From: Gammaproteobacteria bacterium
GTDB lineage: Bacteria; Pseudomonadota; Gammaproteobacteria; SZUA-140
DNA: 64,000 nt
Direction: 5' to 3'
Assembly: GCA_026981935.1 (NCBI GenBank)
Contig: JALSIC010000026.1
Coordinates: 65 to 64,064, forward strand
Within the stretch, counting starts at the first letter, position 1. Each line of letters begins with the position of its first letter. Shown here one piece after another: positions 11,303-21,217 of this stretch. The notes beneath the pieces were generated by a model that saw only the letters and a program-made list of their open reading frames with translations, searched no databases and was not told where the DNA came from. A program made the translations under genes and the position numbers.

Positions 11303-12331
11303 ATGCTGAACGTTGCGGAACACCTGCCCGCGGGACTGCTGGAAGCAGAGGCCAGGCAGCTCCACGAGATCCTCCCCGGACCGACGCTGATTCATCTCCC
11401 GGGACGGCGCAGCGCGCCCCTGTTCGTGTCCATCCTCCTGCACGGCAACGAATACAGCGGACTGCTGGCGATCCAGGCACTGCTGCGTCATCACGCCGGG
11501 CGCGAGCTGCCCCGCGCCCTGTCCCTGTTCATCGGCAACGTCGCCGCGGCCCGCTATGGCCTGCGCCGCCTGGACCACCAGCCCGATTACAACCGCATCT
11601 GGGAGGGCGAGGGAACCCCCGAGCACGAGATCATGCAGCAGGTGGTCCGGAGCATGGCCCATCGCGAGGTCTTTGCCAGCGTGGACATCCACAACAATAC
11701 GGGGCAGAACCCCCGTTACGCCTGCGTCAACCGCCTCGAACACGGCTTCCTCCATCTGGCCGCCCTCTTCAGCCGGACCGTGGTCTACTTCACCCGCCCC
11801 GCCGGCGTGCAGTCGGCGGCATTCGCCCGCCTGTGCCCGGCGGTCACCCTGGAATGCGGCCGCCCGGGCGATCCCCAGGGCGTGGCGCACGCGCACAATT
11901 TCCTGGAATCCGTGCTCCGGCTCAACGCCGTTCCCCGGCATCCCGTGGCCCGCGGCGACATCGACCTGTTCCACACCGTGGCCCAGGTGAAGATTCCGCC
12001 CGGCATCAGTTTCGGCTTCGGCCGCACCGCCACCGACATCCAGTTCGAGGAAGACCTGGACCGGCTCAATTTCTGCGAGCTGCCACCGGCCACGCGCTTT
12101 GGCCGCATCAACAGCCCGCGTCCCGTGCGCCTCGAAGTCCGCGACGAGGCGGACCGGGAAGTCAACGAGTCGTTCTTCAGCTACGACAACGACGAGATCC
12201 GCACCCGCGTGCCGGTCATGCCCTCCATGCTCACGCTGGACAGCCAGGTGATCCGGCAGGACTGTCTGTGTTACCTCATGGAGCGCCTGGAACTGAACCA
12301 GGAACTGGGTCAGGAAAGGACCGGGGCCTGA
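11303..12331 (+). CDS. Succinylglutamate desuccinylase/aspartoacylase family zinc hydrolase (AstE/AspA, M14-like)
   Basis: 342 aa; zinc-binding HGNE motif (SILLHGNEYSG). Confidence 0.7.
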   Translation: MLNVAEHLPAGLLEAEARQLHEILPGPTLIHLPGRRSAPLFVSILLHGNEYSGLLAIQALLRHHAGRELPRALSLFIGNVAAARYGLRRLDHQPDYNRIWEGEGTPEHEIMQQVVRSMAHREVFASVDIHNNTGQNPRYACVNRLEHGFLHLAALFSRTVVYFTRPAGVQSAAFARLCPAVTLECGRPGDPQGVAHAHNFLESVLRLNAVPRHPVARGDIDLFHTVAQVKIPPGISFGFGRTATDIQFEEDLDRLNFCELPPATRFGRINSPRPVRLEVRDEADREVNESFFSYDNDEIRTRVPVMPSMLTLDSQVIRQDCLCYLMERLELNQELGQERTGA

Positions 12332-12440
12332 GGGTCCTGGCCGACAGCCGTTCTGTACCGGTGATTCTGTGCCGGTGATTCCGTACAGGCGCTGCCGTGA
12401 TTGTATCTTCCCGCCCGGATCCTGTATCTTTGGAAGCGTC

Positions 12441-13565
12441 ATGCCCACCGCCAAGGATCTCCTCGCCGACAACCGCTTGCTGCGGCACCAGTTGGAGGAA
12501 TTCGTGGCCCAGGCGCGCGAGAACGAGCGCAAGCTGCGCCGTTTCCAGGCCCTGGAACTGCGCCTCATCGGCATCAACGCCCTCTCCGAGCTGATGGAGA
12601 CCCTGCTCTATCCCGACTATTCCACGTTCAAGTGGGACACGGTGACGCTCATCCTGCTGGACCCGGAATACGAGATCCAGCGCATCCTGGAGTCCCAGAA
12701 CCGCAAGCTGCTGGAACACCCCACGCTGATGTTCGCCACCGAGCCCGGCAGCCTGGCGCATCTCTATCCCCGCTCCCTCTTCCCCACCCTGGGACCCTAC
12801 CGGCCGCGCCAGCATGCCGCCCTGTTTCCCGGCCGGCGCCGCCCCGCCAGTGTCGCCCTGCTGCCCCTGGTGCGCCACGGCCGCCTCATCGGCAGCCTCA
12901 ACCTGGGCAGCCACGCCGCCCACCGCTTCGTGCGCGGGGTGCGCACGGACTTTTTCGAACACCTGGGAGCGGTTGTGGCCATCTGCCTGGAGAATGCCGT
13001 CAACCACGAGCGCCTCAAGCGCCAGGGTCTCACCGACACGCTCACGGCCGTCAACAACCGCCGCTTCTTCGACCAGCGCCTGGCCGAGGAGGTGGCCGCG
13101 GCGAAACGCGATGCGCACCCCCTGACCTGCCTGCTCCTGGACGTGGACCACTTCAAGCAGGTCAACGACCGTTACGGCCATCAGGTGGGGGACCGGGTGC
13201 TCATGGAGGTGGCCACGCTGATCCGGAGCCAGTTGCGGGGCAACGATGTCCTGGCCCGTTATGGCGGCGAGGAATTCGCCGCCCTGCTGGCCCAGACCGA
13301 CAGCGCCGCCGCCACGGAAGTGGCCGAGCGCATTCGCAGCGCCATCGCGGCGCGCCATTTCGAACTGGCGGACGGCGAACGCTTCCAGGTCACCATATCC
13401 ATCGGCCTCGCCACCTTTGATCCCACGGCCGGATCCGACTTCGATGGCAACCAGCTCGTGTGCCAGGCCGACAAGGGACTTTATGCGGCCAAGAAAGGCG
13501 GGCGTAACCGGGTGGTCAACCAGGGTGTGCTGCAGGCGGCGAAGCCGCTGCCTGCGCCTGGATGA
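12441..13565 (+). CDS. Diguanylate cyclase (GGDEF) with an N-terminal GAF/DUF484-like sensory domain
   Basis: C-terminal GGDEF domain with an intact RYGGEEF active site; start placed at the internal Met MPTAKDLL. Confidence 0.8.
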   Translation: MPTAKDLLADNRLLRHQLEEFVAQARENERKLRRFQALELRLIGINALSELMETLLYPDYSTFKWDTVTLILLDPEYEIQRILESQNRKLLEHPTLMFATEPGSLAHLYPRSLFPTLGPYRPRQHAALFPGRRRPASVALLPLVRHGRLIGSLNLGSHAAHRFVRGVRTDFFEHLGAVVAICLENAVNHERLKRQGLTDTLTAVNNRRFFDQRLAEEVAAAKRDAHPLTCLLLDVDHFKQVNDRYGHQVGDRVLMEVATLIRSQLRGNDVLARYGGEEFAALLAQTDSAAATEVAERIRSAIAARHFELADGERFQVTISIGLATFDPTAGSDFDGNQLVCQADKGLYAAKKGGRNRVVNQGVLQAAKPLPAPG

Positions 13566-13577
13566 GCGACTTCCCTC

Positions 13578-14870
13578 TCATTCCGCGTCCAACGAGGCGC
13601 GTTTCAGTACCCGACCGATGGTGAGTCCCTGAACGAGTATGGAAAAGACCACGATCACATAGGTCACCACGAGAATCACGTCCCGCTCGGGACCGTCGGG
13701 CAGGGACAGGGCCAGGGCCACGGAGATGCCGCCGCGCAAGCCCCCCCAGGTCATTACCTTCACCACATGGGGGCTGAAGCGGCGCCGGTGGCGCAGCAGG
13801 GCCACGGGCACGGCGACGCTGACGAGGCGGGCAAACAGAACGATGGGGATGAGCAACACGCCCGCCACCAGGTACTGGCCGGAGAAGGTCAGCACCAGGA
13901 TCTCCAGCCCCATGAGGACGAACAACACGGCATTGAGGATCTCGTCCGCCAGCTTCCAGAAAGTGTCCAGGTGTTCGCGGCTGTGCGCCGACATGGCCAG
14001 CAGGCGACCATGGTTGCCGATGAGCAGTCCCGCCACCACCACCGCGATGGGGGCGGAGAGATGAAGGGCCTCCGCCAGGGCATAGCCGCCGGTGACCACC
14101 GCCAGGGAAATCAGGATTTCGACGGAATAGTTGTCCACGCTCTTCAGGAGATAATAGGCCAGTCCGCCCAGCAGCAGGCCGAAGAGGATCCCGCCGCCCG
14201 CCTCCAGCAGCAACAGCTCGGCCACGGAGACCACGCCGGCCTCGCGGCCCTCCACGGCGATGCCGAAGATCACCAGGAAGACCACCACGCCGATGCCGTC
14301 GTTGAAGAGAGACTCCCCGGTGATCTTGGTCTCCAGGCTCTTGGGCGCATTGGCCGTCTTGAGGATGCCCAGCACCGCAATGGGGTCCGTCGGCGAGATG
14401 AGGGCGCCGAAGAGCAGGCAATAGATCAGGGGCAACTCGATACCGATGCGCCCCAACAACCACCAGCTCAGAAAACCAATGATGAAAGTGGACAACACCA
14501 CGCCCAGGGTCGCCAGCAGGCCGATCACCCACTTCTGCCTTGCCAGGTCTTCGAGATTGACATGCAGCGCCCCGGCGAAGAGGAGGAAACTGAGCATGCC
14601 GTGCATGAGGGTCTGGTTGAAATCCACCTGGCCCAGCAGGACCTCCGCCCTTTCCGCCATGCCCAGCCCCAGCAGGTCCAGGACAATCAGGCCCAGGGAG
14701 AGGAGCAGGGCGATGAGCATGAGCGCGATGGTCGCGGGCAGGCGGATGAAACGCTCGTTCAGATAACTGAACAGGGCGGCCAGGGAGATGAGCACGGCGA
14801 TGATTTCAAACAGACCCACAGCTACGCCTCGCCTGAAACACGCACGATGCCTGCGGCCCCGACTCAGCAA
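13578..14870 (-). CDS. nhaP: Monovalent cation:proton antiporter, CPA1/NhaP family
   Basis: 430 aa polytopic membrane protein with NhaP-type transmembrane regions; exact start uncertain. Confidence 0.75.
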   Translation of the reverse strand: MLSRGRRHRACFRRGVAVGLFEIIAVLISLAALFSYLNERFIRLPATIALMLIALLLSLGLIVLDLLGLGMAERAEVLLGQVDFNQTLMHGMLSFLLFAGALHVNLEDLARQKWVIGLLATLGVVLSTFIIGFLSWWLLGRIGIELPLIYCLLFGALISPTDPIAVLGILKTANAPKSLETKITGESLFNDGIGVVVFLVIFGIAVEGREAGVVSVAELLLLEAGGGILFGLLLGGLAYYLLKSVDNYSVEILISLAVVTGGYALAEALHLSAPIAVVVAGLLIGNHGRLLAMSAHSREHLDTFWKLADEILNAVLFVLMGLEILVLTFSGQYLVAGVLLIPIVLFARLVSVAVPVALLRHRRRFSPHVVKVMTWGGLRGGISVALALSLPDGPERDVILVVTYVIVVFSILVQGLTIGRVLKRASLDAE

Positions 14871-16087
14871 CCGAAGAGGGGGCCGCGCGCCAGGGCGGGC
14901 AGATCCTCCCGCAGACCCATGGCGTGGCGCATGAGCCGGTTCTTCACGGGGACGGCGCGGTCCGCCAGGCGCAAACCCAGGTTGCGGGCAAGGCGCAGGG
15001 GGGGCCAGTCGTTTCCGAACAGGCGCTTGAAGCCGTCCATGACCCCCATGGTGAGGAGGTTGTCTCCCTTGCGCCAGCGTTCGTAACGCCGCAGGGTGGT
15101 GGGCGCGGCAAAGTCGCGACCGGCGGCGACGGCCTCGCCGATGACCTGGGCCAGGGCCGCGGCATCCAGCAGTCCCAGGTTGACACCCTGCCCCGCCAGG
15201 GGATGAATCATGTGCGCCGCATCACCCACCAGGGCCAGCCGATGGTCCACGTAGCGCAGGGCGTGCTGAAGGCGCAGGGGAAAGGCGGCGCGGGGGCCCG
15301 CGGCCAGGATCCGGCCCAGGCGCAGGTCAAAGGCCTCACCCAGGGTTTTGCAGAACGCCGCCTCGTCCATGGCCAGCAGTGCCTCGGCGCGCTGCGGCGT
15401 GGTAGACCAGACGATGGAACTGCGGCCGTCCCGCAGGGGCAGGAAGGCCAGCGGGCCCGTGGGGAGGAAACGCTGCCACGCAGTCTGCTCGTGGGACAGC
15501 CGGGTCTCCACCACCGCCACCACGGCGCGCTGCTCGTAGCTCCAGCCCCGGGTGGCGATGCCCGCGAGCGTCCGCACCCTTGACGCGCCGCCGTCTGCCC
15601 CCACCAGCAGGCGGGTGCGCAATTCGCTGCCGTCCTCCAGCTGCAGGCGCAGACCCTCTTCGTGACGCTGCCATGAGGCAAGGACCGCGGGCGAGATCAA
15701 TTCCACCGCCTCGCAGGTGTCGAGCTGGTCCAGCAGGGCCGCCTGGATCACGCGGTTCTCGATGATGTGTCCCAGGCGCGGCTGCCCCAGGTCGGCACTG
15801 TCGAAGTGGATGCTGCCACTGCCGCCGGCATCCCACACCTGCATTTCCAGAAAGGGACTGATGCCCCGCGCCGCCATGGCCGGCCATGCCCCCAGGGCGC
15901 GGAAGATACGCTCGGAGGCGACACTGATGGCGGAGACCCGCAGGTCAACGCTGTCCTGCGGCCAGTCACGGGCAGGACGCCGTGCCTCGACCACGGCGAT
16001 GCGCAGGCCGCTGTCGCGCAGGGCACAGGCCAGCGTGGCCCCCACCATGCCGCCACCGGCGATGACGATGTCGAAACGCTGGGCCAT
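14864..16087 (-). CDS. ubiI: FAD-dependent ubiquinone biosynthesis hydroxylase (UbiI/VisC-like)
   Basis: UbiH/UbiF/VisC/COQ6 family (DIVIAGGGMVGATLA); lies immediately downstream of ubiH as in E. coli pepP-ubiH-ubiI; start at the internal Met. Confidence 0.75.
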   Translation of the reverse strand: MAQRFDIVIAGGGMVGATLACALRDSGLRIAVVEARRPARDWPQDSVDLRVSAISVASERIFRALGAWPAMAARGISPFLEMQVWDAGGSGSIHFDSADLGQPRLGHIIENRVIQAALLDQLDTCEAVELISPAVLASWQRHEEGLRLQLEDGSELRTRLLVGADGGASRVRTLAGIATRGWSYEQRAVVAVVETRLSHEQTAWQRFLPTGPLAFLPLRDGRSSIVWSTTPQRAEALLAMDEAAFCKTLGEAFDLRLGRILAAGPRAAFPLRLQHALRYVDHRLALVGDAAHMIHPLAGQGVNLGLLDAAALAQVIGEAVAAGRDFAAPTTLRRYERWRKGDNLLTMGVMDGFKRLFGNDWPPLRLARNLGLRLADRAVPVKNRLMRHAMGLREDLPALARGPLFGC

Positions 16088-16089
16088 GG

Positions 16090-17331
16090 TCAATCCACCC
16101 CCTCGCGCAGGCGCAGGCCCCGCGCCAGCCGGGGCAGGCGTCCCGCCAGGCCCATGAACTGGCGCGCCAGCAGTCGTTTGGCCGGCGGCAGGCACTGCAA
16201 GGCAGTGAGCCCCAGATTGCGCATCATCACCAGCGGTGGCGATTCATTGGAGAAGAGCCGTACCAGCCCATCGGTCAGGGCGATCACCCGCTGCTGGTCG
16301 CGGTGACGCCACTGGTGGTAGCGCGCCAGGACATCCCGCCCCCCCGGGTCCTCGCCCCGGCGCCGTGCCGTCCACAACACCTCGGCGAGAGCCGCCACGT
16401 CCCGCAGTCCCAGGTTGAATCCCTGTCCGGCGATGGGATGCAGGGTATGGGCGGCGTTGCCGATGAGGGCCAGGCGCGGGGGCGGACGGCCGGTGGCGCG
16501 GACCAGGGTGAGCGGATAGACCTGGCGCCGCCCCACCCTGCGCAGGACACCCAGGCGCCGGCCGAAGCGCGCCTGGAGGCGGGACAGAAACGCCTCGTCG
16601 TCCAGCGCCATGAGCGCCGCTTCGTCTCCCCGCCGCACCGTCCACACCAGGGAACAGCGGTTGCCGCTCATGGGCAGCATGGCCAGGGGGCCGCTGTCGG
16701 TGAAGCGTTCATAGGCGACATGGGCGTGGCCGCGACCCGGCGTCACGTTGGCGATGAGGGCATTCTGGCCGTAATCCCATTCCCGCACCGCCACGCCCGC
16801 AAGGCGACGCACCAGGGACCGCCCGCCATCGGCACCCACCACCAGGCGGGCACGCAGGGTGTGCCGGGCGCCCGCCATCTCCACCTCCGCACAGGCCGTG
16901 CGGTCCCCGACGTCCAGGCTTTCCAGCCTGGCCGGGCACAGCAGCGCCACGTCATCGAGGGAAGCCAGGCGCGCCGCGAAGAGCCTCCCGAGCGCCCGGT
17001 TCTCCACCACGTAACCCAGGGCCTCCAGGCCATAGTCGGCCGCCCGCAGGCGGGTGATGCCGAAGTGTCCCCGGTCCGAGACATGGATGGTGCGGATGGG
17101 TGTCACGGCATCCCGCAGTCCCTCCCACAGCCCCATGCCGGAAAAGATGCAGCGGGTGCCGTAGGCCAGGGCGATACTGCGGTCATCGTAACTGGGCTGA
17201 TCATCGGCGCGCAGGGGCACGGCTTCGACGACGGCGATGCGCAGGCCGCTGCCCGCCAGGGCGCAGGCCAGGCTCGCGCCCACCATGCCGCCCCCGATGA
17301 TCAGCAGATCATAGTCGCCGGTTTCGTTCAT
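16090..17331 (-). CDS. ubiH: 2-octaprenyl-6-methoxyphenol hydroxylase
   Basis: 413 aa FAD monooxygenase (DLLIIGGGMVGASLA); synteny with pepP. Confidence 0.8.
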   Translation of the reverse strand: MNETGDYDLLIIGGGMVGASLACALAGSGLRIAVVEAVPLRADDQPSYDDRSIALAYGTRCIFSGMGLWEGLRDAVTPIRTIHVSDRGHFGITRLRAADYGLEALGYVVENRALGRLFAARLASLDDVALLCPARLESLDVGDRTACAEVEMAGARHTLRARLVVGADGGRSLVRRLAGVAVREWDYGQNALIANVTPGRGHAHVAYERFTDSGPLAMLPMSGNRCSLVWTVRRGDEAALMALDDEAFLSRLQARFGRRLGVLRRVGRRQVYPLTLVRATGRPPPRLALIGNAAHTLHPIAGQGFNLGLRDVAALAEVLWTARRRGEDPGGRDVLARYHQWRHRDQQRVIALTDGLVRLFSNESPPLVMMRNLGLTALQCLPPAKRLLARQFMGLAGRLPRLARGLRLREGVD

Positions 17332-17506
17332 GCCTGTATGACAGACCGGGAATCATCCCCCGTCGTCGCGGGTAAAGTGATGTGCAATGCAGGATGCGTC
17401 ATGGGTGCGCCGCAAGACCAATATGCCGGGCTGATGCGCAATACCATACCACACCAGGGAGATCACCCTCATCGCCCTCACCCCAGTCCTCCCCGGCCTG
17501 CCCTGC

Positions 17507-18817
17507 TCACTCGCATGCCGTTCCCACCAGCGCCTCGATCTCGGCCACCGTCTTGGGCACATCCTTGCTGAGAATGTCGCAACCGTCACGGGTGACCAGT
17601 ACGTCGTCCTCGATGCGCACCCCGATGTTCCACCATTTCTTTGCCACGCCCCGGCTGCCGGCGGGAATATAGAGGCCGGGCTCCACGGTGAGCACCATGC
17701 CCGGTTCCAGCAGGCGCCAGGCATCCCCCACCTTGTAGTCTCCCACATCATGCACGTCCATGCCCAGCCAGTGACCCGTCCGGTGCATGAAGAACCGTTT
17801 ACAGGCCTCTTTCTTGAGCAGATGCCTCAGGTCTCCCCGCAACAGGCCCAGGTCGCGCAGGCCGCGGGTCAGGACGCGGACCGCGGCCTGATGCGGATCC
17901 AGCCAGTGATTGCCGGGGCGCACCCTGGCGATGGCGGCCTCCTGGGCCGCCAGCACCAGTTCATAGATGGCCCGCTGGGGCGCGGTGAAGCGTCCATTGA
18001 CGGGAAAGGTACGGGTGATGTCGGCGGCATAGTGCCGGTATTCGGCGCCGGCATCGATGAGCACCAGGTCACCGTCGCGCAATTCCGCATCGTTCGCGGT
18101 GTAATGCAGCACACAGGCATTGCCGCCGCCGCCCACGATGGGCGGATAGGCGGGACTGCGGCAACCATGGCGCATGAAGGTGGCGAGCAGTTCCGCCTCC
18201 AGATGGTATTCGTACAGGCCGGGACGACAGCATTGCATGGCACGGCGATGAGCCGCCGCGCTGATGCGGGCGGCACGGCGCATGTGAGAGATCTCGCGCC
18301 GGCTCTTGAACAGGCGCATCTCGTGCAGCAGATGGTCCAGGGCGACGATCTCCCCCGGCGCATGGACCCCGGCCCGTGACTTGGCCCGGATCTGCTGCAG
18401 CCATTCGGGGATGCGCTGATCGTATTCCGGGCAGCTTCCCATGGTGTAGAACACCTTTTCCCGGTTCTCCATGAGTCCCGGCAGGATGTCGTCGATATCG
18501 CCGATGGGAAAGGCATCGTCGGCACCATAGTGCGCGCGCGCGCCTTCCTGCCCCGCGCGCGGGCCGGTCCAGACCTCCAGCCCGGGATCGCGTTCCCGGC
18601 AGAACAGGATGTATTCGCCCTGGCTGCGCCCCGGCAGCAGCACCGCCACCGCTTCGGGCTCGGGGAAACCGGTGAGATAGTAGAAATCGCTGTCGGGACG
18701 ATAGGGATATTCCACGTCGCGGTTGCGCAGGCGCACAGGCGCGGTGGGCAGGATGGCAATGGTGCCCCGGCCCATCATGTGCATCAGGCGTCGGCGACGC
18801 GCGGCAAACTCCTTCAC
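17507..18817 (-). CDS. pepP: Xaa-Pro aminopeptidase
   Basis: 436 aa M24B peptidase with an N-terminal creatinase-like domain; ygfB-pepP-ubiH synteny. Confidence 0.9.
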   Translation of the reverse strand: MKEFAARRRRLMHMMGRGTIAILPTAPVRLRNRDVEYPYRPDSDFYYLTGFPEPEAVAVLLPGRSQGEYILFCRERDPGLEVWTGPRAGQEGARAHYGADDAFPIGDIDDILPGLMENREKVFYTMGSCPEYDQRIPEWLQQIRAKSRAGVHAPGEIVALDHLLHEMRLFKSRREISHMRRAARISAAAHRRAMQCCRPGLYEYHLEAELLATFMRHGCRSPAYPPIVGGGGNACVLHYTANDAELRDGDLVLIDAGAEYRHYAADITRTFPVNGRFTAPQRAIYELVLAAQEAAIARVRPGNHWLDPHQAAVRVLTRGLRDLGLLRGDLRHLLKKEACKRFFMHRTGHWLGMDVHDVGDYKVGDAWRLLEPGMVLTVEPGLYIPAGSRGVAKKWWNIGVRIEDDVLVTRDGCDILSKDVPKTVAEIEALVGTACE

Positions 18818-18833
18818 GTGGGCCGGACCTCGC

Positions 18834-19490
18834 TCAGTGCAGCACCCGGTCGCCGCTGATCATCTGCTCCCTGCGTTTCGCCTGGAGTTCCTCGTAGACC
18901 AGCATGGCCCCGACCCGCACATATTCCATGACCTCCATGAAAGAAACCTCGTCCAGTTCGCTGTCTTCGTTCTCCTCATGACAGGCACGGGTGATTTCGG
19001 TAAAGTCCTTGACGATTTCCTGCACGGCAGCGGGCGTCTGCCGATAGTTTTCCACCCCGCCCACGCCGAGCCCGAACAGGAAACCCTTACACCAGTCCGC
19101 CAGCGCCTCCGTCCGCAGGCCGAGAGGCTGTTCATCATCGGGCAGCAGCAGGCGCAGGCCGAATGCCGGATTTTCCAGCTGGTCCACGGTCTCGCGGTAG
19201 AGGCGCTGCAGCACTTCTTCGTCCGGCTTGGCGGCCGGCTTTTCGTCTTCCCCGGCCGCCGCTGCTGCGGCCGGCACCCTGTTGCCGCCCGCCTCCTCGT
19301 CCTTCCCATCATCCCCGTTTTCCTTCGCGGACGGGGCGGGCAGATCCTCGTTGCGCATCAGGCGCAGCCACACATCGAGACTGACGCCACCGCTTGCGCA
19401 CCACAAGCCGCACAACAGTCCGTGAGACTCCGAAATCTCCTGGGCGATACCCAGTCTCTTGAAGGCCGCGTTGACCTCGGCAAATTCCAT
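18834..19490 (-). CDS. ygfB: UPF0149 family protein YgfB
   Basis: YgfB-like sequence starting at the internal Met MEFAEVNAAFKRLG; conserved position upstream of pepP. Confidence 0.75.
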   Translation of the reverse strand: MEFAEVNAAFKRLGIAQEISESHGLLCGLWCASGGVSLDVWLRLMRNEDLPAPSAKENGDDGKDEEAGGNRVPAAAAAAGEDEKPAAKPDEEVLQRLYRETVDQLENPAFGLRLLLPDDEQPLGLRTEALADWCKGFLFGLGVGGVENYRQTPAAVQEIVKDFTEITRACHEENEDSELDEVSFMEVMEYVRVGAMLVYEELQAKRREQMISGDRVLH

Positions 19491-19775
19491 AGCAGTCCGC
19501 TTAGGGAACCTCTGATGAATTCGTGAACCGGTGTCTGGTGTCTGAAATGCTCCGCCTCGGCGTTGCAAAGCTTGACCAGGGCGCTGCCATGGCCTGCGCC
19601 TTGCGCCTTGATCCGGGACATTTCATTTCACCATCCATCCGGCCCAGAATTATTAACCCGGCAGAGGACCCCGCCACTTTCACCAATGCAATACAATCAA
19701 TAACATACCCTCTCGGCAGAACAAACACAAACGCCTTCGGCAGCCAGCCCCTCACGAATTCCCCTTACGAATTCA

Positions 19776-19804
19776 TTGACCCGCAAAAGCAGCCCCTCTA
19801 TAGT
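19776..19804 (+). promoter_or_regulatory. Sigma70-type promoter (TTGACC, 17 bp spacer, TATAGT) for the small coiled-coil gene/zapA operon
   Basis: Direct reading: -35 TTGACC at 19776-19781 and -10 TATAGT at 19799-19804; the first in-frame ATG at 19812 implies a leaderless or very short-leader mRNA. Confidence 0.55.
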
Positions 19805-19811
19805 GACATGC

Positions 19812-20036
19812 ATGGAAAGCCATACCGAATCGCAACCGGACATCGAACGCCTCGTCGCCGCCATCGACGAGCTCATCGCCCTGTGTGAAAAGCTCCAGGA
19901 GGAGAACGAACGCCTGCGGGCGTTGAACACCCGGCTGCAGGCCGAGCGGCACAAGCTGCTGCAGAAGAACCAGATGTCCCAGGACAAGATCGCGGGCATG
20001 ATCACGCGCCTCAAGGCCCTGGAGGTGGAACTGTGA
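19812..20036 (+). CDS. Small coiled-coil protein (TIGR02449-like) co-transcribed with zapA
   Basis: 74 aa with a heptad-rich sequence (LQEENERLRALNTRLQAERHKLL); overlaps the zapA start by 4 nt. Confidence 0.5.
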   Translation: MESHTESQPDIERLVAAIDELIALCEKLQEENERLRALNTRLQAERHKLLQKNQMSQDKIAGMITRLKALEVEL

Positions 20037-20347
20037 AGACCACCCCCCAGCCCATGACCATCCAGATCCTGGACAAGGAATACCGTGTCGCCTGCAGTGA
20101 GGACGAACAGGATGCGCTGCTGGCCTCTGCCCGCTATCTCAACCAGAAAATGAAAGAAGTGCGCGATACCGGGCGGGTCATCGGCATGGACCGTATTGCC
20201 ATCATGGCAGCCCTGAACATTGCCCATGAGCTGCTGGAATGCCAGCGGCAGGTCAGGCACTATGAACAAAGGATGACCCCGCAGCTGCAGGCCGTGCAGG
20301 AACGGGTCCAGGCCATCCTGGACAAAAGCCGGCAGCTGGAACTGTAA
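20033..20347 (+). CDS. zapA: Cell division protein ZapA
   Basis: 104 aa; ZapA N-terminal motif (IQILDKEYRVACSEDEQDALLASARYLNQKMKEV). Confidence 0.8.
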   Translation: MKTTPQPMTIQILDKEYRVACSEDEQDALLASARYLNQKMKEVRDTGRVIGMDRIAIMAALNIAHELLECQRQVRHYEQRMTPQLQAVQERVQAILDKSRQLEL

Positions 20348-20362
20348 GGCATTCGGGTTATG

Positions 20363-20553
20363 GGGCATCCCCTGCGGCGCCCGTTAGTGAACCGGAAAAA
20401 ACTCTTGAGCCTAATTGACTGCCCGGGGGACAGAGAGCTGATATTTTTGTGCAAGTTCGCCTGTGAGCGAAAAGCCTGCGATATCACCGTTGTCCCCACC
20501 TGAACCGCTGGTTCAAGGGCGAAAGTTCACGACGGCGACTGCGGAGGGTGCCC
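20363..20553 (+). ncRNA. ssrS: 6S RNA (SsrS)
   Basis: Aligns to the E. coli 6S 3' arm (CACCUGAACC...GGUUCAAGGG...CUGCGGAGGG) and 5' arm (GAGCUGAUAUUUUUGUGCAAG); 5'/3' closing stem GGGCAUCCCCUGCGG pairs with CUGCGGAGGGUGCCC; sits between zapA and ygfA exactly as in E. coli. Confidence 0.8.
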
Positions 20554-20593
20554 TTCCTCTATCGTCCCTCCATCGACTGCGATCCATGCCCTC

Positions 20594-21217
20594 ATGACCG
20601 GCACAAGACCCGGTACAAAATCAGGCATAAACCCCACCGCCATCCGCCGCCGCATGAGGGCACGGCGGCGCGGACTCTCTCGCCAGGAACGCCGTGCTGC
20701 CGCCCTGAACGTGGCCCGGCTGCTGGCGGGTTCTTCATTGTTACGCAACAGCCGGCGCATTGCCTGCTACTTTCCCTGCAATGGCGAGGTCGACCTCACT
20801 GCCGTCATGCTGCGCATCTGGGCCATGGGCAAACGCTGTTATCTGCCGGTGCTCAACGGCATCGGCAACAAGCGTCTGTGGTTCGCCACCTACCGCCCGG
20901 GCGACCCCCTCTGCCACAACCGTTTCGGCATTCCGGAACCCCGCCGCCCCCGCCACTGGCTGGCCAGGCCCTGGGAGCTGGACCTGGTACTCGCGCCGGT
21001 GGTAGCCTTCGATCCGCAGGGCAACCGCCTGGGCATGGGCGGCGGCTATTACGACCGCACGCTGGCCCACCTGCTGTGGCGATGCCACTGGCGCAAGCCC
21101 CGCTTCTATGGCGTGGCCTATGAGTTCCAGCGCGTAGGCAGTCTGCCATGCCGGTCCTGGGACGTCCCCATGGAAGGCCTCGTCACGGAACAACGTCTCT
21201 ACCACTTCTCATCATGA
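20594..21217 (+). CDS. ygfA: 5-formyltetrahydrofolate cyclo-ligase
   Basis: 207 aa; 5-FCL motifs (MGGGYYDRTLA); conserved ssrS-ygfA linkage. Confidence 0.85.
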   Translation: MTGTRPGTKSGINPTAIRRRMRARRRGLSRQERRAAALNVARLLAGSSLLRNSRRIACYFPCNGEVDLTAVMLRIWAMGKRCYLPVLNGIGNKRLWFATYRPGDPLCHNRFGIPEPRRPRHWLARPWELDLVLAPVVAFDPQGNRLGMGGGYYDRTLAHLLWRCHWRKPRFYGVAYEFQRVGSLPCRSWDVPMEGLVTEQRLYHFSS

